DNA from: Lenisia limosa
Taxonomy: Eukaryota > Protista > Breviatea
NCBI GenBank assembly: GCA_001655205.1
Contig: LPNZ01007440.1
Span: 1-37,639, forward strand
Reading direction: 5' to 3'
Length of the DNA stretch: 37,639 nucleotides
Shown here: positions 25,909 through 37,639 of the stretch, piece after piece
How the letters are laid out: every line of letters starts with the position of its first letter
Numbering within the stretch: the stretch's first letter is position 1
The notes under the pieces: generated by a model
Database searches by the model: none
Told to the model about the DNA's origin: nothing
The model's input: only the letters and a program-made list of their open reading frames with translations
Position numbers and translations under genes: made by a program

Positions 25909-28900
25909 CTAATCAATAGATGAAGGGACCTGAATGTTAGGCTTTGGTTGCTGATGGCCTACATTTGGCAGATCGGGCTCGGGGGACGAACATCGCTCGT
26001 CGCTCTCGCTACTCACAATGTCGATATCACCGGGACTATAGGGTCAGAAGAAGACATGGGTGCTAACAATGGATGGGTGGTCGAGGGTAGGGACGGCAAC
26101 GCGCTTGTCGGCCGCAGAGACATAGCGGATGGGGATAGGGGTGGAGAGGAATAGCTTGTTCGCGGTGACACTTCAGGGGAGGATCGGGGGGAAAAGGGAG
26201 AAAGAGGGGATCTACAATCATTATATCATAGCATATGACTTAAAAAAAGGTTGCAAATTTCAGAGAAATGGCAAACCTCGGTGAGAGTCTTGGCTGTGAG
26301 CGAGGACTGTTTATGGGTGATGAAAGAGGAATGTCAAGGGGTTGAAGCTCAATAGCCCGTAAGGAAGGCAGCTTTGGCGGCTGGGGGTGTAAGAACGACT
26401 AATAATATGTGATTCAACATGAAACTAGACCCCCCTCCAACCATTTTTCCAGGAGGAATTGAGTCCGGAGTAAAGACTTCAGCTTCAGAGGGAAGGGAAT
26501 GAGTGAGGATTGCTGTCAAGTATTAATAATCAATATCTCCCTCACCATGAGATAGGTCAAACGGCAGGGAGGCTATTTCACTGAGTGGACGGAACACTGA
26601 CGGTGTTGTTGCCGGCTGCGGCCTATGGAGTCAATAGAGAAGATGATGGCTGCCCAAAATGGAGAAGATGAAGTCAGTCCAAAATGATGATGGAGTCAAT
26701 CCAAAATGGTGATGATGACTTACGTTGCCGGGTCATCAGGGGATGGTTTATTGAGTGCGAAGACACGGACCTACATGGTAAGCTTGGGCTTTAATATGAC
26801 CTCTTCCCAATAAGTATCGATAGCTACTCTTTTCGGGAGGCAAGATGAATATCAACATGATATCACCAACCTTCGGCAACACGGCCAAAGAGAGAGGCGG
26901 TAACCATCCTTCATCCGATTCATCTTCCTCTCCTAAACAATAAATAGCAAGAAGAAAGTCCTACCAGGCATCTGTAGCAGACCGACGGCAGGCATCACAG
27001 CCTCACTCACAACACCATCCACTTCGGACATCCTCTTGGGGGGCAATCCCAAGTCCTGTATCGTAAGATATGTATCAAAGCGTGTTGCCTACTGTCGTCA
27101 ACGGGTCTAGCATGAGGAACTTGTAAATGTTGACTGCCACTTTTCGTGGCTGTATTGATGGTGCAGCAGCCGGGGAAAACCTAGAGTCAGGAAACATGTC
27201 AAAGAAGGCGAGTCCCAAATGAATCAATTTCAGAATACTGTTGACTGTACCCCCCCCCCCACNNNNNNNNNNNNNNNNNNNNNNNNNNNNNNNNNNNNNN
27301 NNNNNNNNNNNNNNNNNNNNNNNNNNNNTTGAGTCTTTTGATGCAGGCGATGAGGGGAATGGGCAGCAGGAAGCAAACAGTGAAATAGAGGAATAGTACG
27401 GCCCAAGAAGGAGTGGCATCGGTCACCGCGCCTGATAAATGAGAATCTTATTCATGTTAACAAGATACCTCTCATGGAGACCTAAAAACAGATATGGTTT
27501 CAAATAATTGGAAAGATTTTCCAGTTGAAAGACAGCCGCTCACCATCGCCGGTGGTCTGGACGTAATCATCAGCCATAATGTTCCCGTCCGAATCGAGAA
27601 GGAACACTGTCATGTCGAACTTGGTCCATTCCAACGGGGAAGCAACGGAAACGTAGATCCTGCAGTATTATTGAGGTCATATCCTGTAGTAAGGGAGATA
27701 AATTTCAAAATAATGACATAAAAGTCACAGTTTAATACTCACTCGAGGGATTCCAGGTCCATTGATGAAGGGAAGACCTGCGGTTGCAAAACTAAACTCT
27801 CGTTGCCGATTGTGTCACTTTTGACAGAGTACGAAAGAGCATTAGGGAGAGGGTGCACCCTTTATGGTCAATAGGCCTGATTTTTGATCTTATTCTTACC
27901 AGGAAATGAAGAGCTGGACGTCACCACTGCCGCCGGAAAAGAAACTAATTCCGTTGGCCCCTGGGCTGACAACCTGGGGTGGTTATATATATCATATGTA
28001 TCCCAAAATTTGCCATGACGGCATAATAGAAACCCCATCATATTCAAACAAACGAAGCAAACCCCACCCTGAAGTAAGCAGGCTTGGCGGGTCCAACAAC
28101 GCCGCTCTTGATAAGACCATTGGAAGAGGTCCCGACAATGGTAATGGCCGACGATGTGTTGCATGATGTCGAACCGTAGTGCCTAAAGAGCGTTATCGCA
28201 CGCTGGAGTTGACACGTCATACCATCCGTTACAAATGGTGATGTCATAGGGTCCGTACGCAGCACCAGGGTGACACGTTTTGCTACAATGTAAGCCGACA
28301 CAGGAAAAAATCGCAAAACACCCCCCCCCCCACTCTTCCGAGCAGTACCCGCATCCGACNNNNNNNNNNNNNNNNNNNNNNNNNNNNNNNNNNNNNNNNN
28401 NNNNNNNNNNNNNNNNNNNNNNNNNNGCATTCGTTCCCAGACGGGCATGTCACATCGCAACCATACAGCGCTTCACAGTCGGGGAGGCTGCACGTTGTCC
28501 CAATGTAGCCTACAGGCGTAATACACACCCAAAATTCCGTTTCCTATCATCCCACATACCAGAATCGCATTCACAAATGCCGTAGTCGTCACAGCTTCCA
28601 TGTATACATGTTGGACACTGGATTGAACAATCCGAGCCCCGACGATCTGGTACATAAGAGAAAACTGTCATCCGACCCACCATTATCACAGATACAGTTG
28701 CCGTTTCCGGACAAGCCATCAACACATGTGCTTCCTGTCAAGTCACACGTACACTTCTCGCACTAAACTGTCACTATCATCTGAAGCATTTCAACCCTAC
28801 ATTCAGGCCAAAAAAGCCAGATCTGCATTCACAGCTTTTGGACACGCACGTCAAATTGGCGCCAACGCAAGGACCATCACATTCCTAACTCGTCAAAACT

Positions 28901-31900
28901 TACTTATTTAGGCACTTGAAAACAACTCACATTACACAGGTCAAATACGTTGGAGCAGCAAGTCTGTGTTCCTCCACATGTCCCACAGCTGTCCTTCGCC
29001 CATCTTAATCGTAAATAAATGGGGGGGGGGGGGGNNNNNNNNNNCCATCAGAATCGGTATCATTGTAGGCTGTACCCCCACAATCCCCGCAGAGATCTAC
29101 TGTCTACATGAAGGTTAATTGTGCCAATGAAATTCGTTCAGACCTTGTTTGAAAATGGCATATTGTCGCAACCGGAGAGGCAAGAGAGCCCATCGCCGCC
29201 ACAAATGCCGCACACATCGTCCTGCATTACGGCGGNNNNNNNNNNNNNNNNNNNNNNNNNNNNNNNNNNNNNNNNNNNNNNNNNNNNNNNNNNNNNNNNN
29301 NNNNNNNNNNNNNNNNNNNNNNNNNNNNNNNNNTGCGACACGGTTCGTCACAGACACATTCCGTTGTCTCGGCCTGAAACTCACCCTGGTGAACATGAAA
29401 TGAATGTAAAAAGACGGCGGCGTGGACTGTGTACCCACCAGGAAGGAGCAGCACGGCCTGGAGTCGAGGCCACACACACCACAGGCCAAACAAGTGGCGT
29501 TGGCGTGCATGCATTGGCGTGACGATGTGCACGTGGCGTTGAGCGTCACATTGGCAACGTGACAGGAAAAGTCCCCTCCGCAGAAGTGACCAAGGTTGCA
29601 GTGGTTGTCTTCTGCACATGTTGAACGACAGTGGGCTGGATCGGAGCATGTGAAGGGTGAACATTCAGTCTGCACTCCAGTACACTTGAGATTGGTATCA
29701 ATATGACCCTCGAGAGACGGTGTGCATATTCCTGGGTCGGGTAAGAGGGGCGAAAGCGTTTAGATAGTGAAGGATTCCGCCAATACCTGAGGTGAAGCTG
29801 GTGAGGGTTAGGCAAGCTGTTGAGTTGCAGCTGTCATCTAAGTCGTTAGATTATTCTCTTTCGGTTTGGAAATAGACAGACTTTCCTTCATGAAGAGGCA
29901 CACTCCATCGCCTGCACAGCCGCCCAATCGACCACACTTAAGAGTAAAATACTTCATTGGGGTCGGTCGGGGGCATGTAAACAAAAAACAGCATCTATGA
30001 TAGATAACATTTAAAAGTATAATATACTACATAGCAAGGTCAATTATGATTGAAAGCAAACAATGAAAATAAAGCTTCATAGGAGGAACACCCACAGTTG
30101 AAGCATCTTCAAGGGGGCAGTCGTTTTTGGGGTCTTGCCCTTCTGATACAAACACACATTGTTGTTGATTGTTACAGACCTGGCATGCCGGGCAGCTTGA
30201 ACGGGGATCACTTCCCTGGTGGGTAAGTACTTGCACTCAAGACTGCGCCTTGACATTTTCTGCCATCTCTCAACCCACCGCTGTAACGTTTCGACAGTAG
30301 CCATCAGAGGCTGCAGTAAAGGTGGAGATACAAGCTGTGCATTGACTTTCACAACTGTTCTCGCAGCAAACTCCATCAACACAAAATCTGCAAACAGGGT
30401 CAGCTCAATTATATACGGGTCGAGAACTGATATTGGGATTGGGGAAGAAGAAGCGTGATTTGCTTGTATTATAATTCCTGCCCATCCTCCAAACATACCC
30501 AGTCAGGCAATGGCTGTTTTGGGTACAGGCTAGACCCAAACTAATGGGACAAACAGTTTCATTCCAGAGGGAAGCTGTGAAGTGAGTCAAATGATTGCTA
30601 TTATTAATCCTATTATGCGTGATAGTCAACGATGTGTTCCAATAACAGTAGATTGAAATACCGACCTCCGCATTCGGCCTCGGCTTCGACCAAAGAAGTA
30701 CCAAAGTAGTCCGAGGAAGTTGGAATACACCGACTTGAATTTGTACACTAAATGGTGACGATGAAGGGGAAATTCTTCTCTTCACAACCCACAAACCCAG
30801 CCACAGCCTTCCGTTTGTAGACATGTTGAGCAAGCCATATCCGAACACAAGTCTATGAAATGAAAAGGGAGGTCCGAATCAAAAGAAGTGTTTCAGATCA
30901 AGCAGGCTTACCTGGGCAGGTTTCGAAGTGATATCCCAGTTCCAGTGAGGAATCAGGGTCCATTGGACAATACCCAGATAAAGGAGCAGAGAATGACCCT
31001 GATACACAGCTGCCAATGGTGCGATTTGACCGACCTACAAAAGTAAGCAACTCGCTCAACGGCTTAGAGGAACCCACTCCAAATTTCATCTTCAGTAGGG
31101 CCGCACCAGCCACATCCGACATTCGATGAGCATGTGGTGCATGTCAAATGATCTGAAAATGATAAGATGGTACTTCATCGCGAATGTCAGGGTTGAATTG
31201 CCTCAGTATTTCGCAAACCGGTGCACTCTGGTCTGCAGCCGTAGTAACCATAGTCAAACGCAGAGCACTCGCCAAAGGGAAAAACGAAAGTGTAGTCATC
31301 GTTGTAGATGCATGACCCGAGGCTCCGGCACCATAAGCACTCCCCGGAGCTGTCCAAACAATTGCTGCATCTTCGAAGATCAGACAATGCAAATGACTTA
31401 CACATCACTATTGTCACATTCACGCGAGCACGAAGTCATCATGTAATCGGTCTGGCTCCATGGCGACGTCCACCTGCATGGTCAGGTAAAGCTCAAGTTC
31501 TCAGCATCAGTTCCAAGGCCTACACTTTGCAAGTTTTGGTGTCGCTTCGAGCAATGCAAGATCCGCCATTCTCAATAGGGCACCACCCGCATGCCAAATC
31601 CTGTGTACACTGTGCGCACGAGCCCTAGGGAATGAGTACCTCATGGGACTTCACTAAGATCCCAAAAAGACTGAATCTCTATGTTAGATAAATATTGATG
31701 AGAAACAAGTCATTTTTAGATTTACTAATAAAGCCCTTGTCATAAAACAGCAGCAAAATAATAGAAATAGAAAACTGACAATGCGTCAAGTCCAGCATAA
31801 AGTGAATGAGTGGTATGTCATATTTGTGAAAACTCATCAATACTACTAATAACAGAAAGTGACAAGTCAAGTGTAGAACCTACCAATGCTTTACAGGTGT

Positions 31901-34900
31901 TCTCTGCTGAGCATGAGGTTTGAAGAGGTTGCTCGCAGAAACCTAGTTGATCCAAACTAAAGCAGCCACCGAGGGCAGAACACCATCCGCATGTTGCATC
32001 ACGCCTTACGCAAGAAGTACACGTTGGCGCCAAGTTACATGACAGCGCTAGATACAGTCAACTACGTTCAATCGTACGGTCAAACAGAATACAAAGTTTA
32101 ACCTACCAGGACACTGGGTTGGCTGAATCGTAGCCGTAGTGGAGACACAAGATAATGTTGAGAGTGAGAAGGAACATCCAGGGTGACCTTGGCAACTTGG
32201 ATCGTTAACAACAGCGACGCCAACCTTTCGCAAGATGTAAATGTGTTGCACTCATTTGGACATCTTTCAGGTTGGTGCTTACACACGCCGTTCGTTACAG
32301 CACACCAAGGAAGGGATGTGCAAGTTGTCATCTGACGGTTGTTAGGTTACACATGGCAAGATCGTCTACGCGCTACCAAAAAAATACAACCCATTTTAGA
32401 TAAATGTATTTGGCTTCAAAAACCATGTTAAATAAAGTTTACTAAAACAATTTGACCCAATCATTGGCTTTGACAAGCCCAAGAGTTTTGAACATCATAA
32501 GTAAGTCACGAAACTCACGTCCAATAAATGACACGGCGCTGCTTTGACCGAAAAGAAACCCTCATTGAGAAGGCTTGATGTACCAAGTCCAAACATGGGG
32601 CTTGAGGAGGAGAGAGACACTCCGCCTGAACAATCAGTTTCAGTCCTGACAAAAAGATGTCACGGATCCAACAAACCTAGGAGCCCGGAAGGCCATGCTA
32701 CTGTTCCTGGAGACACAACTAAAATGTAACTCAACATTTCAATCCCAGTACCTGTCTGCGTGATTTCTCCACAATCAACATCGACCAGATAGAAAGACTC
32801 AGAATAACACTGGTTCATAGTATCTGAATCGTCACTTCTTATAATGGCATTTGGATAACTAGTTTTCATTTTGCATAATAACAGTCATTGCAGACAGTCA
32901 TAACAATCAGCCTACTTCTCCTGCCGCCTGCAACCAAAAGAGCATGCTGGCCGCCTTCGTAGCTCTCCAGAATTGCCGATACAGACGACTCCAAACCCAC
33001 AACAGTCGTGTCTTGAGACCGCCACTCCCCGGTCCCAGGCCCAAGCCACCACACGTTGCCGTTTTGCGCTCCGTTACTTTGCCGCCCGCCTGTCATCAGA
33101 ATGCCATCCTGGGGGGTGGGGGGTAAGTGAATGTACTGAATTCGTTTCTCAACTAATCTCACAAAGACATCTCTATAGCCTACTATGAAATAGGGAATTA
33201 TTCAAAAAAAAAAATGCTTGTCGATTCGGTAATAAAATTGAAGATGAAGGACCCGACCCAAATACATTGAAAGAAACCAGAGACACGGCACCGACAGCTT
33301 GTGGCACGACACCAGACTACATTTGTTACATTAGTTCATTAAGCCATGCAAGAGACCAGATACCCACGAAAGACGGCTGGTCCCAAGTCCAGGTAGAAGG
33401 GTCGAGAACAAGACATGTTGAAGTGAAGCGCCCAACAGAGTAGCCGAAACAAAACCATGCTTTCCCCTCATGGAATACGCCAGAAAGTCGAGTTCGCTGT
33501 GTCGGTGAGAATGGAACAAGTCCAAATAACCACGGTAAAATACGTACCTCAGGGGCATCAAGAGTTTGATCGGGTGGTAGAAGGGTACTCCATTGTACAA
33601 TATACTCATCCGTAACATAGAGCACTTCACCAAGCCATGCATCTCCCAAAATGCCGCGCCTGCTGTCCATTCCTCCAAAAAGAACAAACTACAATGTCAA
33701 CAAAGATGTGTCACACCTTTGAGCCGCCAATAGCCACAGCTGCCGCATCCCTTCTTGCCAATGGCAAAGTGGAGGTCGAGGCTCCTTGAACTATTAATTT
33801 TGCTCATAAAGAAAAAAAAAAGAACGGCTGATTTCCAATATGTATATTTATACATATTATACACTATTACATGTACCATAACAAAAAGTTATTCATCGCT
33901 TACTCCGAGATGATGAAACTGATCTGGCTTCATAGGTGGGAATGGGCTGAACTTTGAGGGTTTTAGGCGTTGTTCCATTTACAATCGCATCCTGTAAAAG
34001 GGTTACAAATAAACGATACAATATCACTTTTTGTGAAAAGCCGTCCTTGCCCACATTTAAAAGCTGGTTAGAGCTGGACTCAAAATTTGAAGTATCAATT
34101 AGAATAGGATTCAGAAGGACTTTACTTTCGGACAAGAGAGCATCTCCCTGTGAAATAATAAATCTTCAATATATTATATCAATGTGTTTTGAGACCATGA
34201 GTATACCATGATAGAAACATTCTGATAATCACGCCAAACAAAACACACACTCCTTGGCAGATTGTCTTCCCTAATACCTCAGAACTTGATGCTGAGTTTA
34301 CTCCATGATAAGCGTAACCTCCCACAACCAGGGACTAAGCAGTGACTACCACAAGCAGCAACCCACCATGCCGTGCGCAACTCCTTCATCAAACGTTACA
34401 CTACATGCACCGGTCCGTGCTAAAGTTGAGGCTTCGGCCCCGGCTGGCCTACGCGGCGGTATCACATTAGTCCGCCCATTGTCCAAGGAGTAACTTGGTA
34501 AGAGTGACGTTGGTATGCCTTTGGCGTGAACTCGGAAACCACACCCCCTTTTCCAAGTATGAACAAAACCCTACATACCAGTTGTGAAGAATAGAGGCAA
34601 CATTGGCACCTCCTTTGAACAAGTGGGACAATCTTCTGCGTTGTATTAAATATATTATGTATAAATCAAATAAGAAATAAACACTTGTCTCTGACCAAAA
34701 GCCATCCACACTAACATGCTTATAAGGGATATGCTTTAGTCCCCCACCAAATTCGCAATACAGTCCATTGAACCCTGAGGGACAGTCACACGTCTTGTTG
34801 ACATTGCATGTTCCGGAGTTGCAGTCGTAGGGGCATGGGCCTACACCGTCAGTTCCAACCATCCGCCACCAAGCCAACTTATGATATAGGAGATATTGAA

Positions 34901-35600
34901 GCCGCCATAGACCGCAGCAAGATCGGAGTAGAAGTGGGCGGTCATGTGTCCTGATGTCAAGACGATTGCCTGGAGGTAAGAGACGAATGCCTGCAAATAT
35001 GGAAACGTACTTGTTGTGGGCTGTTTGGTCCAGTGAGCGTTGCAACCTATTGGTAAAACATGACTAGGAGGGGTGCTTACCTCGGGCGAGTAGACCGAAG
35101 GTCCATCGTGGATGAAGAGATGGTCCCATCTGGGGATAAGAACATTGAATAATCAGGCTTTGCCCTACCCGCATTCGATTTCAAGGTCGTCAACAAACAA
35201 CGTGATAACTTCTCCAGGAGCGTCAAGGTAGTACTCACAGTCAATGTCAGCCGCATAGCTGTGTTCGTCAGTTGTTACGTGGGTGACAAGAATCTTTAAA
35301 AAACAAAAAAATCTCCACAAGAACAAGCAAAAATAGTATTAATGCAAGGTAGGAGGCGCTTATTGGTCTGTAATATGTCAGATGATTGGACCGCTTGAGT
35401 TCCTCCCACTTGGAGGGGCCGTCAGTGAAAAATCCAATTCGGTCCGTAAGGAACGTTCTTGCTGGACAGGTACCTGCAGCAGCAACTAGGAGGGTAAGGA
35501 GAGACGGAAGGGGCCTTCAAATACCGTGTGCAAAGAGAACCACTGCAAGAAGGCTCAGCCATGACTTTGTGTTAGCTGCTACATTGCAATTAATCACCAT
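25909..35600 (-). CDS. Attractin/MEGF8-like type I membrane protein: SP-CUB-EGF-Kelch-PSI repeats-PA14-like-Cys-rich modules-EGF-Ig-like-TM-cytoplasmic tail
   Basis: Signal peptide MVINCNVAANTKSWLSLLAVVLFAH. The CUB domain (IECGWDHLFIHDGPSVYSP..TSGHMTAHFYSDLAAVYGGFNISY) closely resembles attractin as I recall it. EGF: CPYDCNSGTCNVNKTCDCPSGFNGLYC. Kelch-type blocks (LVVGGY, LLVAGG, GKAWFCFGY) are followed by PSI repeats (CTSCVRRDATCGWCS, CSNCLDSSGECLWCRSLGSC). TM WAVLFLYFTVCFLLPIPLIACI lies at 27340-27405, and a Pro/Ser tail ends ..QVPSSID*. Confidence 0.85.
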
Positions 35601-35762
35601 AATAGGCGGTGTGACGTGAATCAGCACACTCTATAGCAAAAAGGTATTTCCAAGTCACTGTGCCATGTTCTAAGGAGCTAAATTATAGTGTTTTACGTTA
35701 TATTCTTCAACCATCTACTAAACTGAAGTGAAAATGTCCTAAAAAAGCCACACATTTGTAGT

Positions 35763-35953
35763 TTGACTGGCTCGGAGGGATGACATGACCCTCCTAACCA
35801 ACTTTGACTTTGGTTGAATTGTTGTGTTGACTCTTGGTTGCTTGGCAGGCTTGGTTGCTTGGTTGACTCTAGGTTGACTCAAGAGACTCAAGTTTGACTC
35901 AAGTTGATTGCAAGTTGACTAGTTGACTTGGTGTGTGTTTAAATTGACTAGTT
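35763..35953. promoter_or_regulatory. Array of 9 TTGACT hexamers in the intergenic region upstream of the attractin-like gene
   Basis: TTGACT at 35763, 35804, 35827, 35863, 35874, 35894, 35915, 35923 and 35944, all on one strand with irregular spacing. Confidence 0.5.
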
Positions 35954-36018
35954 ATGTCGAGGTGTCAACTCAAATTTATGGACTCTACAAGGATTATGAT
36001 TCCAATATATGATACCAG

Positions 36019-37639
36019 TTATATCAAAACGGATTGAAGCAGCAACATGAAAATCAAAAAAGCAAGAGCCGTCTTCTTGACAGCAGGCCACACCCAGTAG
36101 GGTAACGCAAATCCGTAGGTCTAGATTGTCAGACTACATTATACATGAATTATTATGAAATAAAAATTATTCTCTCCACTGGTCAATAGCAGTGGTAGAA
36201 GAAAGTACCCCTATAATCAACACCTAGCTAAACACCTGGTCGCTTGCATCGGTAGGTAGAATGACGTCATACGCCCAGGATGACAGCGGTGATACTGATG
36301 ACGGGAGTTGTTCATAATGCCCTGGCAATGTCATCAAGAGCTACTATGGTACAACTGTATTAGGTTTATGAACAATGTGAATGAGACCGCAACAAGTCAT
36401 ACGAGGGTCATACCTGAAGCGAGGTAGAGACGGTAAATGTTATGTGGGGTTTCGCTGTAAAAGTTGTCATGTGGCGGCGGCAGGCCGCGTGCACCATCCG
36501 GATCATTGAGATCCTTCAGAACAGCCTCTAGCCCCAGACGTAAGAACAGCTTGGTCTACTGGGTGAGAGGAAAGATTTGCACGTACCTTGTCAAGTTTCC
36601 ACAAGGGAGCAGCAAGCTCGGTATGACGAAGAGAGAGGAGTTCGAGAGTACGTGCCTCCTTTTTCTGGAACATTGGAAGGCCTAACAGCGAAGAAAGTGG
36701 CAATTCTACTGCGTATTCTTCCGTTCTAGCGAGTCAGACGGTCAGTTCTGTGATTTATCTTGCCAGATTCACTTCTTAGTCTATTAAAGGTGACTCACCC
36801 CCCCTTCCCACGGTAAAATGGCCAGTCCTATCGCCTCCCCGAGGTGGGCTGCTGTTCTTGGGAATCGTTGAAGTGCATATTTCAGAAGTTCGACAGCCTA
36901 AAACGGTCAGATCGAGAAAAGGCCAAACCTCAACGTCTCCTGCTAGAAAGGCGGCAAGAGCAGCCGAGTATGCCCAGCCCGGGAGGAAACTCCGGACCGA
37001 CACTCCCGATGACGACTTCCGCGCCAGGGCACCCCACTGCGAGACGCACATGGACGACATTTCTCGGACCCACGCGGGGTGGCTGCTTCGTAGCGCTAAG
37101 GAATCCAGTATTGCGAGCTGCGCCTGTGTATCAGTTAGCGGATTGGCAAAGCTTTGGTGGTTTTCTCAAAAAAAATCGAATATTGTGTGACAAAATAAAG
37201 TCATTCTGCTTTGCGTTAAGAAAAAAACTATTCGAAAAAATATCTCAAACAATCGAATACATATTTCAGCAGAAACCATCCCACAAACATAAGGATCGTG
37301 AAGAGGATCCATGCTACATAGTGAGCCATTTACATGTCAGGAATGATAGTTGTGTTTACATTAGAAAAGCTGATGGGGTTCCACTCACCTTAAAATTAGT
37401 TTTCCAAGTTCAAACGCTGTGGAAAAGTTCTCCTCTTCAATTAAAACACTTTGGTGTGTGGCCAAAATAGCAAAGAATGGCCTGGAAATGTGAAAGAAGG
37501 AAAGAAGGTCTATCTTCACTGACAGGCTCGTACCTGTTATCTTCGACTGAAAAAGGCACCTCAAAAAGACCGGTACTGAAGTTAAAGTTGACATGTTTTG
37601 AACGCTCAAAGCTGTAGAGTCTGGGCGGGGGTGGATGAA
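36019..37639 (-). CDS. TCF25: TCF25/Rqc1-family ribosome quality-control protein (5' end outside the window)
   Basis: Spliced reading EVPFSVEDNRPFFAILATHQSVL..FSTAFELGKLILSMDPLHDPYAQLAILDSLALRS, AVELLKYALQRFP, LAAPLWKLDK, ETPHNIYRLYLAS, LP..SSWAYDVILP. This follows the TCF25 motif order as I recall it: ENR.F..AL, TALE..KL.LSLDP..DP, ID.LALR, AL..FP, LWK, P.NI.RH, DPLPP. Confidence 0.85.

Noticed and set aside
29555-30535. Bacterial contamination as the explanation for the myxobacteria-like segment
   Set aside because: The segment is interrupted by GT-AG introns with branch points and lies in frame within a eukaryotic multi-exon gene.
36844-37470. 208-aa plus-strand ORF
   Set aside because: It is antisense to recognisable TCF25 exons, has no motif, and runs through T/A-rich intron sequence.

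Overview
Intron-rich eukaryotic nuclear DNA, with scaffold gaps often flanked by poly-G/C runs. It uses the standard genetic code, GT-AG introns of about 29-340 nt and CTRAC/CTCAC-like branch points. The gene content (hybrid histidine kinase, PH-RasGEF, Cys-rich surface receptor) suggests a protist, possibly amoebozoan; this is inference. I spliced the exons by eye, so junction coordinates are approximate. In order, the window holds: a hybrid histidine kinase/response regulator locus (+); a large RasGEF with REM-RA-PH-PH-CDC25 order (+); a MARK/PAR-1 kinase (+); a class II eIF4E (+); a secreted histidine acid phosphatase (+); a weak orphan gene (-); a PAM2-motif protein (+); a 9.7-kb attractin/MEGF8-like receptor (-); and the 3' part of TCF25/Rqc1 (-). 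There is also a 78-bp Tc1/mariner-type MITE. The most unusual signals are: (1) three unrelated tandem repeats, each with a 32-bp period and each overlapping a functional 5' splice site; (2) a myxobacteria-like Cys-rich module, split by introns, inside the attractin-like receptor; (3) a predicted C-terminal membrane anchor on TCF25/Rqc1; (4) the RasGEF domain order; (5) TTGACT (W-box-like) arrays upstream of two genes. No rRNA, tRNA or CRISPR array is supported.
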